This document shows positions 1 to 9,166 of a stretch of 32,000 nt of DNA, one piece after another (positions within the stretch are counted from its first letter, which is position 1; each line of letters opens with the position of its first letter). Made by a program: the position numbers and the translations under genes. The notes beneath the pieces are model-generated. The model did not search any database. It worked only from the letters and a program-made list of their open reading frames with translations, and was not told the origin of the DNA. Source of the DNA: an uncultured Gammaproteobacteria bacterium (GTDB lineage Bacteria; Patescibacteriota; Patescibacteriia; UBA2591; UBA6264). The DNA is taken from NCBI GenBank assembly GCA_964507075.1, contig CAZDOL010000001.1, positions 43,040 through 75,039 of the forward strand, written 5' to 3'.

Positions 1-63
1 GAATCTTCTACAATGCAAAACAAGGAAGGATCTACTAAGAGCAATAGATAAAAAAAACAAAAC

Positions 64-1317
64 ATGAAATACCACATTGTTACCTACGGCTGCCAAATGA
101 ATGAATCAGACTCAGAAAGAATAGCTCACATATTAAAAACAGCGAATCATAAATCAGCCCCCGATATTAATGGGGCTGATTTAATTGTGGTTAATATGTG
201 TTCGGTTAGGCAATCAGCAGTAAACAGAATTTATGGATTAAGTAAAAAATTAGCTGATATTAAAAAAAATAAACCTGAACTAAAAACGATTCTTACAGGA
301 TGCATTTTAAAGGCAGATCGAAAAAAAATGGAAAATAAATTTGACCAAATAATCAGCATTCAAGATATTGATTGTCTTTTCAGTCCTGTTTCAACCGAGC
401 ATTATCTTTCGGCCCTCCCCCTTTATTCCTCTTCCTTCTCGGCTTATGTCCCAATTATGACCGGCTGTAATAATTTTTGCTCTTATTGTGTTGTGCCTTA
501 TGTGCGAGGCAGAGAATATTCCCGTCCAACTTCAGAAATCATTACTGAAATTCAAAAAATCGTTAAAAGAGGTTATCATGAAATTATATTATTGGGACAA
601 AATGTCAATTCTTATAAAAATAAAAATGGTCAGCATTTCCCTGAACTACTAAAAACCATTCACAATATCCCTGGTAATTTTTGGCTCAGTTTTATTACCT
701 CTCATCCTAAAGATTTTTCCGATGAATTAATTGAAGTAATGGCTAATTCTCCAAAAATTTGCCCCTATCTCCACTTAGCTGTTCAGTCCGGGGATAATCA
801 AATTCTCAAAAAAATGAACCGAAATTATACCATAGAACAATATAAAAAAATAATATCTAAAATTCGCCGAAAAATACCACAAATCAACATTTCTACTGAT
901 ATTATTGTAGGCTTTCCGGGAGAAACAAAAAGACAGTTTGCGCACACTAAAAAATTAATGAAAAAAATTAAGTTTGATATGGCATATATCGCTCAATACT
1001 CACCTAGGCCAAACACCAACGCAGCCAAATTGAAAGACAATATATCTACCAAAGAAAAGAAAAAAAGAGATAAAATCCTAAATCAAATCTTAACAAAAAC
1101 AGCCCTTCAGAATAACCAAAAATATATTGGTCAAAAAACTGAAGCCTTAGTTATTAATCCCTATCAGGCCAAAACAAAAAGTTTTAAAAAAATTAAATTA
1201 GACAAACCTGCTGTTCCAGGCGCATTCATTTCTTGCCAAATTACCGCTGCTCAAGCTTGGAGATTAATCGGGCATCCTCTTGATGCGACGCAAAATAACA
1301 ACATAAATTCCAATTAA
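64..1317 (+). CDS. miaB: tRNA methylthiotransferase, MiaB/RimO-family radical SAM enzyme
   Basis: 417-aa ORF. N-terminal MTTase motif YGCQMNESDSE, radical-SAM cluster CNNFCSYC (CxxxCxxC), TRAM-like C-terminus. The 3' end overlaps the convergent ORF by 54 nt. Confidence 0.85.
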   Translation: MKYHIVTYGCQMNESDSERIAHILKTANHKSAPDINGADLIVVNMCSVRQSAVNRIYGLSKKLADIKKNKPELKTILTGCILKADRKKMENKFDQIISIQDIDCLFSPVSTEHYLSALPLYSSSFSAYVPIMTGCNNFCSYCVVPYVRGREYSRPTSEIITEIQKIVKRGYHEIILLGQNVNSYKNKNGQHFPELLKTIHNIPGNFWLSFITSHPKDFSDELIEVMANSPKICPYLHLAVQSGDNQILKKMNRNYTIEQYKKIISKIRRKIPQINISTDIIVGFPGETKRQFAHTKKLMKKIKFDMAYIAQYSPRPNTNAAKLKDNISTKEKKKRDKILNQILTKTALQNNQKYIGQKTEALVINPYQAKTKSFKKIKLDKPAVPGAFISCQITAAQAWRLIGHPLDATQNNNINSN

Positions 1318-1953
1318 CAAAATACCGAGGGGGATAATATTCCACTGCAAATTAAACCTCACAATACTATTATACAAACCGTGAAGTAAGAAAGCCCAAA
1401 AAAGACCGAGTAAGGGAAGATATCTTGAATATTTGGGATTAAATTTGACTAATCCCCAATAATACCCAATGATTCCTCCTGTTAAAAAATGAATTAATGT
1501 TGTGGTCAATCCCCTAAGCAAAATAAGGCTTGTGCCAGACCATATATTCGGAGACAAAAAACCATAAAGGATATTTTCACTAAAGGCAAACCCTAAACCT
1601 AAAGTCATGCCATAAATAAAACCATCCCTAATTTGATTAAAATGTTGAGCTCGATAAATTCCCAAACGAAAAATAACATATTTTGCCAATTCTTCAAATA
1701 GACCATCAATTAAAAAAGAACAGAATAATATCATCAAAATTGGACCTAAAATTAAATTCTTTTCACTCCAATCAGTTAAATTGCCCGTAATCAACATTAA
1801 AGGGATGGTAACTAAACATCCCAACAAAAAAACTCTAAAAATTTGCCCAGCTGGTTCTGGGGCCGAACGATCTAATCTTAAGCAAACCAAAAGCCATATT
1901 CCAATGGGCAAAGCGCTGAATAATAAATAAATTAAAAAAATTTGATAATTCAT
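1264..1953 (-). CDS. PrsW-family intramembrane protease-like membrane protein
   Basis: 229-aa polytopic membrane ORF with FEELAKY (EExxK-like) and HGLYN (HxxxN) motifs remembered from the PrsW family. Assignment is by motif memory only. Confidence 0.55.
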   Translation of the reverse strand: MNYQIFLIYLLFSALPIGIWLLVCLRLDRSAPEPAGQIFRVFLLGCLVTIPLMLITGNLTDWSEKNLILGPILMILFCSFLIDGLFEELAKYVIFRLGIYRAQHFNQIRDGFIYGMTLGLGFAFSENILYGFLSPNIWSGTSLILLRGLTTTLIHFLTGGIIGYYWGLVKFNPKYSRYLPLLGLFWAFLLHGLYNSIVRFNLQWNIIPLGILLIGIYVVILRRIKRMPD

Positions 1954-1977
1954 AGCATCTTTAATGCTACCTCAACT

Positions 1978-2916
1978 ATGAAAAAAAATAAACCCCCATT
2001 AATAATCATTTGTGGACCAACTGGCTCGGGCAAAAGTTCTCTTGCTTTAAAATTGGCCAAAGGATGTTCAATAAAAAATCAAAATGTTGAAATTATATCC
2101 GCGGACAGCAGGGCTATTTATAAAGGAATGGACATTGGCACTGCCAAGACATTGCCAAGCGATAATAACGGAATCACGCATCACATGATTGACATTGTTG
2201 ACCCAAGTCAAAAATTTACCGTAGCTTTATTTAAAGAAAGGGCCACAAAAATTATTAAAAAAATCCATCAACAAAAAAGAATACCCTTTCTTGTTGGCGG
2301 CACAGGATTATATATCAGCGCCATTGTTGACAACTTAACAATCCCTAAAGTTAAACCAGATGAAAAAATCAGAGCTAAAATGGAAAAAGAAATCAATAAT
2401 AAGGGCCTAGATTTTGTCTGGCAAAAATTATTAAAAATAGATCCACAAGCCAAACACTTTGTGCAAAAAGAAAATCCTCGTCGAGTGATTAGAGCCATAG
2501 AAGTTTGTTTAAAAACAGGACAACCCTTTTCTCAACTACGAACTAAAGCCCAACCAAAATTTGAAACCCTACAAATCGGCCTTAAAACAGAAAGAACAAA
2601 ACTATATTCTCAAATTAATCAAAGGGTAGAACAAATGATTAAAAATGGATTAGTGAAAGAAGTTAGAGAATTGATTAAAAAATATCCCGCATCTAATCCA
2701 GGTTTGACCAGCATCGCTTATCAAGAAATCATATTATATCTGGAAAATAAGATTACACTACAAGAAGCAATTGATTTAATTAAAAAAAATACGCGCCATT
2801 ACGCACGTCGTCAAATAACTTGGTTCAAGAAAGATAAACGCATTCATTGGGTTGCTACATATTCCCAAGCAAATCAACTAATCAAAAATTTTCTGCTTCA
2901 CCAATCAAGAAACTGA
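1978..2916 (+). CDS. miaA: tRNA dimethylallyltransferase
   Basis: P-loop GPTGSGKS close to the N-terminus, and a conserved TRHYARRQITWF C-terminal region. The ORF is open from 1942, but the ATG at 1978 (MKKNKPPLIIICGPTGSGKS) gives the canonical N-terminus. Ends in TGA. Confidence 0.9.
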   Translation: MKKNKPPLIIICGPTGSGKSSLALKLAKGCSIKNQNVEIISADSRAIYKGMDIGTAKTLPSDNNGITHHMIDIVDPSQKFTVALFKERATKIIKKIHQQKRIPFLVGGTGLYISAIVDNLTIPKVKPDEKIRAKMEKEINNKGLDFVWQKLLKIDPQAKHFVQKENPRRVIRAIEVCLKTGQPFSQLRTKAQPKFETLQIGLKTERTKLYSQINQRVEQMIKNGLVKEVRELIKKYPASNPGLTSIAYQEIILYLENKITLQEAIDLIKKNTRHYARRQITWFKKDKRIHWVATYSQANQLIKNFLLHQSRN

Positions 2917-2927
2917 ACACCCTAACA

Positions 2928-2958
2928 AAAAGTTTGGACACCGAGTGTCCAAACTTTT
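2928..2958. repeat. REP-like palindrome, variant TGGACAC (AAAAGTTTGGACAC-CGA-GTGTCCAAACTTTT), at a bidirectional-terminator position
   Basis: Perfect 14-bp stem and 3-nt loop, with an A-run on the left and a T-run on the right. Lies between convergent miaA and the transposase-like gene and abuts the latter's stop codon. Identical copy at 25465..25497. Confidence 0.9.
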
Positions 2959-3642
2959 CTACTCTAATAGAAATCTCTTAATTCGCTTATTTTCCTTTAT
3001 TCTCTTTAAAGAATCTTTAGCAAACCCTTTATAAGCCTCCGCATTGCCAAATTGGTCCAATACAATATCCTTTTCACAAAAACCTTTCTTATTTCTATTG
3101 TTTTTATTAGAATCACTCTCAACGTATTCGTCCCAGCTTGATTTAAAAAGTTCAGTGGCCGAGCCACTGAACTTTTCTAAATTATGTACCTTATAATTTA
3201 AATTAATATAAGTACTTAAGTGCAATAAATATTCATTAGAACCTATATGAATCGCTTGGTATTTCCCTTGACACAATGACCCGCTCCGTTTATATTTTTT
3301 ATTAAAATATTCTGTATATCCAGTGCCTAACCTATGCATAAATTTTTGAATCCCCTTGTCAACTAATTGTTTCAAAATAAAATGATAATGATTCGGATTT
3401 AAGCAATAACAAACAAAATTAACCAATTTTTTCTTTTTGGAAAGTTCAGTGGCCGAGCCACTGAACTTTTTTCTCAATCTCTTTGCTTCATAAATACTAT
3501 CAATTGGATTCATAGTATTAAATTCTTCCATGCTCAAAAAAAATCTATTTAAATCTTCTTGGCATTCAAAAATTATACGCTTATCTACTCCACGATTATA
3601 GATATGATAATATTCGTCATTAACAAATTTAACTTTTCTCAT
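2959..3642 (-). CDS. IS200/RayT-like HUH (Y1) tyrosine transposase (REP-associated tyrosine transposase-like)
   Basis: 227 aa. YHIYNRG N-terminus, HUH motif NPNHYHFIL, FMHRLGTGYTEYFNKKY...G, tyrosine motif STYINLN, and a WSS-like SSWDEY. Flanked and internally punctuated by palindromes of one family. Confidence 0.75.
   Translation of the reverse strand: MRKVKFVNDEYYHIYNRGVDKRIIFECQEDLNRFFLSMEEFNTMNPIDSIYEAKRLRKKFSGSATELSKKKKLVNFVCYCLNPNHYHFILKQLVDKGIQKFMHRLGTGYTEYFNKKYKRSGSLCQGKYQAIHIGSNEYLLHLSTYINLNYKVHNLEKFSGSATELFKSSWDEYVESDSNKNNRNKKGFCEKDIVLDQFGNAEAYKGFAKDSLKRIKENKRIKRFLLE
3146..3176. repeat. REP-like palindrome, variant CAGTGGC, inside the transposase-like CDS (encodes KFSGSATELF)
   Basis: AAAAGTTCAGTGGC-CGA-GCCACTGAACTTTT, a perfect 14-bp stem. 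The same about 30 nt recurs at 3441..3469. Confidence 0.9.
3441..3469. repeat. REP-like palindrome, variant CAGTGGC, inside the transposase-like CDS (encodes KFSGSATELS)
   Basis: AAAGTTCAGTGGC-CGA-GCCACTGAACTTT, a perfect 13-bp stem, read in the same frame as the copy at 3146. Confidence 0.9.
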
Positions 3643-3673
3643 ATATATATTTATATCTCTTTTAAAGACTAAT

Positions 3674-3702
3674 AAAGTTTGGTGACCGAGCCACCAAACT
3701 TT
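3674..3702. repeat. REP-like palindrome, variant TGGTGAC/GCCACCA, directly after the gatB stop codon
   Basis: AAAGTTTGGTGAC-CGA-GCCACCAAACTTT with one A/C mismatch in the stem. Lies between the gatB stop (3703) and the transposase-like gene start (3642). Confidence 0.85.
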
Positions 3703-5202
3703 TTATAAAAATTTTGTTAATAACTTCTTGATTAAATCTGGGCTTATTTGCCCTTTTGTTTTTTTAACTGTTTGGCCTATTAAAAATTGAATGGCATTAG
3801 GATGACCCTTTTTGATTTTATCCACTATTTCAGAATTATTTTTAATAACATCTTGAACAATAACTTCTATCTTTTCTGATTCAATAATTTCCAGAGAACC
3901 AAACTCTAACAACAAAGAGCCAGCATCTTGTCCTGTTTGAAACATTTTTTTCAAAATTTTTCGACCTAAAATATTAGATAACTTTTTCTGATATATTAAA
4001 ATAATAAACTCAGTAAAATTTTCACAAGAAACACTGGATTCTTTTTTATTAGATTCTTGTGAAAAAACTAAATAATAATTGATGAACCAATTGGCAATTA
4101 ATCTAATTATTTTTTTCTTATTTCTTTGCCATATCTCTGGTTCACTAGCGTCCATTCCTTCACAAGAACTAATCCAGTCTTGCATTTTTTTGATAACCTC
4201 TTCTATGAAATACAATCGAGTTGGCAATGCAGTCAATATTCTAATTTCATCTTCTGAAAAGCAATATTTTTTTCGCCAACGCTTCCTTTGCTGAGCTGGC
4301 AATTCGGGCAAAGATTTGCTTAATTTTTTAATATCAAATGGAAATTCTTTGGATTTGGTAAAAAAAACTGGTAGATCTGGCTCCTTAAAATATCTATAAT
4401 CTTTGGTCTTTTCTTTACTTCTCTGCTCAACTGTAATTCCTTTTTGTGCATCCCAACCACGCGTTATCTCTATTTTCTGCACTCTGTTATCGCGCCACAG
4501 CTCAGTCTGTCTTTTGATTTCATACCTTAGAGCATCTTCTACAGCCTTAAATGAGTTAAGGTTTTTTATCTCTGTTTTGGGATAAAGATTATCTCCGTTG
4601 TTTTCTGGTCTTAAAGAAATGTTGACATCACACCTCATCTGCCCATTTTCCATTTCTGCATTGGAAACATTTAATGCCCGAGCTATCTCCTGTAATTCTT
4701 GTAAAAAAAATTTAGCCTGAGAAGGACTCTCTATATCCGGTTTAGTTACTATTTCAGCCAAAGGCACTCCTGCGCGATTAAAATCCAATAAGCTATAACC
4801 TTCTTTTGAATGCAGTAATTTAGCAGTATCTTCCTCAATATGTATTCTCTCTAAATTAATTCTTTGTCCCTTGATGTCCAAATGTCCTCCAATAATTAAA
4901 GGAGAATAATATTGACTAATCTGATATCCTTTGGGCAAGTCTGGATAAAAATAATTTTTACGATCAAACCAAAAACTTTCCGCTACCTCTCCCTTTAATG
5001 CTAACCCTAAAAGCAAAACTTTTTCTATTACTTTTTTGTTTAAAACTGGCAAAACCCCAGGATGACCCAGGCAAGTTGGACAAACATTAATGTTGGGTAA
5101 AACACCCTGAACCTTATTCAAGCAAGAACAGAATAATTTGCTCTTTGTGTTAAGTTCCAAATGAATTTCTAAGCCAATAATAGACTTTAAGTTAAGATGC
5201 AT
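3703..5202 (-). CDS. gatB: Asp/Glu-tRNA amidotransferase subunit B
   Basis: 499 aa. IGLEIHLELNTKSKLFCSC...CPTCLGHPGVLPVLN and RCDVNISL signature regions, with a C-terminal YqeY-like tail. Confidence 0.9.
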   Translation of the reverse strand: MHLNLKSIIGLEIHLELNTKSKLFCSCLNKVQGVLPNINVCPTCLGHPGVLPVLNKKVIEKVLLLGLALKGEVAESFWFDRKNYFYPDLPKGYQISQYYSPLIIGGHLDIKGQRINLERIHIEEDTAKLLHSKEGYSLLDFNRAGVPLAEIVTKPDIESPSQAKFFLQELQEIARALNVSNAEMENGQMRCDVNISLRPENNGDNLYPKTEIKNLNSFKAVEDALRYEIKRQTELWRDNRVQKIEITRGWDAQKGITVEQRSKEKTKDYRYFKEPDLPVFFTKSKEFPFDIKKLSKSLPELPAQQRKRWRKKYCFSEDEIRILTALPTRLYFIEEVIKKMQDWISSCEGMDASEPEIWQRNKKKIIRLIANWFINYYLVFSQESNKKESSVSCENFTEFIILIYQKKLSNILGRKILKKMFQTGQDAGSLLLEFGSLEIIESEKIEVIVQDVIKNNSEIVDKIKKGHPNAIQFLIGQTVKKTKGQISPDLIKKLLTKFL

Positions 5203-6568
5203 TTTTAGCGGTTAAAATTACGGGAATAGTCATTAATATAATTTGTAAATCAAATAATAAAGACCAGTTCTCTATATAATAAATATCTAATTTTGCTTCT
5301 TCTTCAAAAGATAATTTTGAACGACCAGAAATTTGGGGTAAACCAGTTAACCCAGGTTTAATGGCTAATAACTGCTTGTGATGTAAGGCATAATTAGCTA
5401 TTTCTTGGGGTTCGTGAGGACGCGGACCAACCAAGCTCATTTCTCCATTGATAATATTAAATAACTGAGGTAATTCATCCAAACTTGTTTTGCGCAAAAA
5501 ACGACCAAAACGAGTTATTCGCGGATCATTTTTCATTTTAAACAAGGGCCCCTCCCTTTCATTATGTTTTAATAACTCCTTCTTGAGTTTTTGTGCGTTA
5601 GGAATCATAGAGCGAAATTTATAAAGCTTAAAAGGATGATTTTTTTGACCAATTCTTTTAAGGCTAACAAAAACCGGTCCGCGAGAATCAATCCTAATAA
5701 TAACAACCAAAATTAAAAAAACTGGAGACAAAAGTATTAAAGCCAAAAAAGCGATGATTAAATCAAAAAAACGTTTGACAATTCTTCCCCAACCACAAAG
5801 AGCTGTTTGTCCTAAAGTAATAATTGGAACGCCATTAATTGCTTCCATCTGCACATTACTTGCTAAAGAACCAAAAATGTCAGCCGCATATCTAAAAATA
5901 ATTTGATGCTCCTGGCAAAAATCAATAATTTTCAATACTTCTGAGCGCTCTAAAAGAGGGTCTGTTTGGATAATTTGATTTATCTCTCTTGTCCGCCCCA
6001 ACCATTTCTCTTGTAAATTTGAAAATGATTTGGGATTACCTAAAACTTGATACCCAACCCCAGAATTATTTTGTAAATAATTAATAATTTGTTCTGTGGT
6101 TTTGTCTTTTCCTAATATTAAAACTGGTTCTAGATTTTTTCCCTTTCTATAAGCTGACAATTCTAAAACATGAATCAACGCCCTTCCCATACTAACAAAA
6201 ATAATAGAAACTATCCAAGCTGCTAAAATAATAAAACGGGAAGAAAAATATTCTCCTTTAAAAAAAATAAAAGCCACAATAAGCATTATACCCATAGAAC
6301 AAGCTAAAAATATTTTAGGAACTTCTTTGGAAAACCTGCGTTTCAATCCCAGATTATAAAGACCAGATAAAATAAAAATGCCTAGCCAAAGCAAAGCAAT
6401 TAAAAGAATTGAAATAAAATATTCCTTAAATGGAATTTCGTAAATAACCGGTCGCAAGCTTGTGAATGCAGTAAAACGTAAGAAATAAACAAAAACTCCG
6501 GACAAAATCAACATAAGATAATCTGCGGGTACTAAAAAAGTAGCAAAAAATAAATCATTTCTTTTCAT
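5192..6568 (-). CDS. Polyprenyl-phosphate glycosyl-1-phosphate transferase (bacterial sugar transferase, WbaP/EpsB-like)
   Basis: 458 aa. Multiple N-terminal TM helices plus a C-terminal catalytic region: KRFFDLI...LSPVF, GPVFV, RFGRFLRKTSLDELPQLFNIINGEMSLVGPRP. Overlaps gatB by 11 nt. Confidence 0.85.
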   Translation of the reverse strand: MKRNDLFFATFLVPADYLMLILSGVFVYFLRFTAFTSLRPVIYEIPFKEYFISILLIALLWLGIFILSGLYNLGLKRRFSKEVPKIFLACSMGIMLIVAFIFFKGEYFSSRFIILAAWIVSIIFVSMGRALIHVLELSAYRKGKNLEPVLILGKDKTTEQIINYLQNNSGVGYQVLGNPKSFSNLQEKWLGRTREINQIIQTDPLLERSEVLKIIDFCQEHQIIFRYAADIFGSLASNVQMEAINGVPIITLGQTALCGWGRIVKRFFDLIIAFLALILLSPVFLILVVIIRIDSRGPVFVSLKRIGQKNHPFKLYKFRSMIPNAQKLKKELLKHNEREGPLFKMKNDPRITRFGRFLRKTSLDELPQLFNIINGEMSLVGPRPHEPQEIANYALHHKQLLAIKPGLTGLPQISGRSKLSFEEEAKLDIYYIENWSLLFDLQIILMTIPVILTAKNAS

Positions 6569-6599
6569 ATGATTTTTAGTATAACAAAAAATAAAACAA

Positions 6600-6625
6600 A
6601 ATCCCAGAGCATAAGCTCGGGGATT
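6600..6625 (-). terminator. Intrinsic terminator downstream of RNase P RNA
   Basis: On the minus strand, hairpin AATCCCCGAGC-TTAT-GCTCTGGGATT is followed by TTTTGTTTTATTTTTT. Confidence 0.6.
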
Positions 6626-6629
6626 AAGT

Positions 6630-7006
6630 ATTTTAGATAAACCTATAAGCCGAATTCTGTTCCGTTAATTTTACAAAAAACGGGATGACTATTTATCTAG
6701 ACTTAATGTTACCATTAAACTCTAACGACCTACCGAAATTTGGTCTTGCACTCAAATAAGGATTTAGCCGTTTCATCGTGACCTTTGTTCTATAATCACG
6801 CTCACCCTCTTAAATAAATTTGAGAGGGTGCCTCAACTTTTGCAAGTTTTGGCGTCTCTGTTCGCACCTCTACTGATTTCGTCTAAAATAGATAAAATCA
6901 GCGACGGGAATTACCCGCTATCCTTCTCCTTGTCGCCAAGGGAGTGTTCGGACTTTCCTCTTAACAACCCATAAGGGCTATCAAGCAGCCATCTAGTTTA
7001 TCTACT
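6630..7006 (-). ncRNA. rnpB: RNase P RNA (bacterial type)
   Basis: A 473-nt ORF-free gap. The minus strand carries GAGGAAAGTCCGAAC (P4 5' strand / CR-I) and ACAGAATTCGGCTTATAGG (CR-V, P4 3' strand). Terminal P1 pairs TAGATAAAC (about 7004) with GTTTATCTA (about 6634). Ends are approximate (+/-10 nt). Confidence 0.85.
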
Positions 7007-7041
7007 TAATATGATGGCATAATTTCTCTAAAAAATCAAGG

Positions 7042-7452
7042 TTAAGAAAACAAATTTTGATCAATAACTTGATTTACGAGACTGTCAGCTTTTTTGTTTT
7101 TTTCTCGTGGAATATGATAAAAATTAACTTGTTTAAAAGATTGAGACAAATTCCAAACTCTTAAAAACAAAACCCCTAGTTCTTGATTTTTCACCTTATA
7201 TCTTCGGTTTAATTGCTCCACAATTAATTTGCTGTCTAAATAACAATCCACAATGCTTGCTTTTAATTTTTTTACTTTTTCTAATCCCGAAATAAGAGCT
7301 TGATATTCAGCTTTGTTATTTGTTGTATGGCCCAAAAACTGAGAATGTTCTTGGATAATTTTGTGGTTGCTGTCATAAATAACAACCCCAATTCCTCCTG
7401 GGCCTGGGTTTCCACGAGCTCCACCATCAGTATAAATTATATATTTCATCAT
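7042..7452 (-). CDS. rnhA: Ribonuclease HI-like protein
   Basis: 136 aa. YTDGGARGNPGPGGIGVV, NNKAEYQALISGL and REKNKKADSL, which carry the DEDD catalytic residues. Confidence 0.8.
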   Translation of the reverse strand: MMKYIIYTDGGARGNPGPGGIGVVIYDSNHKIIQEHSQFLGHTTNNKAEYQALISGLEKVKKLKASIVDCYLDSKLIVEQLNRRYKVKNQELGVLFLRVWNLSQSFKQVNFYHIPREKNKKADSLVNQVIDQNLFS

Positions 7453-7456
7453 TTTG

Positions 7457-9154
7457 TTAATTTGATTTTTTAATATCTACTACTTTCATTTGTAATTCTC
7501 GTGTCCCATTCCATTGATTAACGTCTAATTTAAAAACTATATCTATTTTCTGCCCTTGTTTAAAATTAGTCATTATAGAAGCAGAGTTAAAATAAATCAT
7601 TTTACGACCTCCTTCTACAAAAAGACGATAATGCTGATTATTTTTACCCACTGATTGAATTTTTTCTAAAATTATATTTTTTACTAAAAAATTGGGCTGA
7701 GAATTTTCGCAACCAAATGGCTCAAACTTAATCAATTCTTCGTACAAATTCCAATTAATGTCATCTGGGTTAATTTCTGCTTCAACAGATAATTTAGGAG
7801 CTATCGCATCTAAATCTAAAACTTGCTCTGCTTTTTTCAAAATTTTTTCTTTAAAATCATCAAAACAACCTGTTCCATTTAGGGTAAAACCAACTGCTCC
7901 ACTGTGCCCACCAAAGCCCTTAAAATATTTACCCTCCGTCTTGAGAAAAGCAAACAAATCAAATCCGCTAATAGAACGCCCAGAACCAGTAAGATTTTTG
8001 CCCTCTTTTCTTAAAATTAAAGCTGGCCTGTAAAAAGCGTCAACTAATTTATTAGCTACTAAGCCCAAAACGCCACCTGGCCAATCTTCTCCTAAAGCTA
8101 TAATAATTTTATCTTTCTCGTTAACCTTAATTGATTTAAAAACTTTTTCAGTTATCTTCTGTCTTTGCGTGTTTAATAAGTTCAGGTGTTGAGCATGTTC
8201 ATCAGCTTCACTTTGGTTAAGAGACAAAAATAAACCCAAGGCATCAGTGGCATGATTAATGCGACCAGCAGCATTAATTCGTGGACTCAATTGATAGCCA
8301 ACATTACCTGCATTCAAAGAACCTGTCTCAAGGGAAGAATGTTTTATTAATGATTTCAGTCCTAAATTACGAGTTTTATTTAAAACAACCAAACCATATT
8401 TGCTTAAAACCCTATTTTCTCCGAGCAAGGGCATAAAATCCGCGATTGTACCAAGAGCTACTAAATCTAACAGCCATTTTTCGGTCGCCTCTTTATCTGA
8501 AAGAGGACAATCTTTATGTCTTAATAATCCCTGAATTAATTTAAACGCTACCCCCACTCCAGCCAAAAATTTAAAAGGATATTTCTCTCGTTCTAATTGG
8601 GGATTAATTATGGCCAAAGAGTTTGGCAACTTAGATGGTTCGCGATGGTGGTCAGTTACAATCACGTCAATATTTGATTTATTAGCTAAGTCAATCTCTT
8701 CAATATTAGAAACCCCACAATCACAAGTAATAATCAAATCTATTTTCTGTTTGATAAAATCTTTGATAGCCTTCTTGTTAAGCCCATAGCCATCTTTTTG
8801 TCGGTCAGGAATATAAACATGCAAGTCTTTTATTCCTATTTTTTTAAACACCTCAAATAAAATAGTTGAAGATGTCACTCCATCTGTGTCATAATCTCCG
8901 CAAATAACCACCTTTTCATTATTTTTAATTGCTTGATATATGCGACTAACAGCTTTTTTCATATCCTTCAATAAAAAGGGGTCGTGGATATCTTGAGAAT
9001 AATCAGGATGCAAAAATTTATCAATCTTTTCTTGGGTTTTAATCCCTCTGTTTGCCAGCAATTGTAAAATAACCGAATTAATCTCCGGAAATTTATTTTG
9101 AAAATCTTTAGAAATTGGGGGAAAAACCTCCCAAATTTTCTGCATATCTTTCAT
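7457..9154 (-). CDS. recJ: Single-stranded-DNA-specific exonuclease RecJ
   Basis: 565 aa. DHH motifs ICGDYDTDGV, ITCDCG and VTDHH, a DHHA1-like GGHSGAVGF, and a C-terminal OB-like region. Confidence 0.9.
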   Translation of the reverse strand: MKDMQKIWEVFPPISKDFQNKFPEINSVILQLLANRGIKTQEKIDKFLHPDYSQDIHDPFLLKDMKKAVSRIYQAIKNNEKVVICGDYDTDGVTSSTILFEVFKKIGIKDLHVYIPDRQKDGYGLNKKAIKDFIKQKIDLIITCDCGVSNIEEIDLANKSNIDVIVTDHHREPSKLPNSLAIINPQLEREKYPFKFLAGVGVAFKLIQGLLRHKDCPLSDKEATEKWLLDLVALGTIADFMPLLGENRVLSKYGLVVLNKTRNLGLKSLIKHSSLETGSLNAGNVGYQLSPRINAAGRINHATDALGLFLSLNQSEADEHAQHLNLLNTQRQKITEKVFKSIKVNEKDKIIIALGEDWPGGVLGLVANKLVDAFYRPALILRKEGKNLTGSGRSISGFDLFAFLKTEGKYFKGFGGHSGAVGFTLNGTGCFDDFKEKILKKAEQVLDLDAIAPKLSVEAEINPDDINWNLYEELIKFEPFGCENSQPNFLVKNIILEKIQSVGKNNQHYRLFVEGGRKMIYFNSASIMTNFKQGQKIDIVFKLDVNQWNGTRELQMKVVDIKKSN

Positions 9155-9166
9155 ACTTTATTTTTA

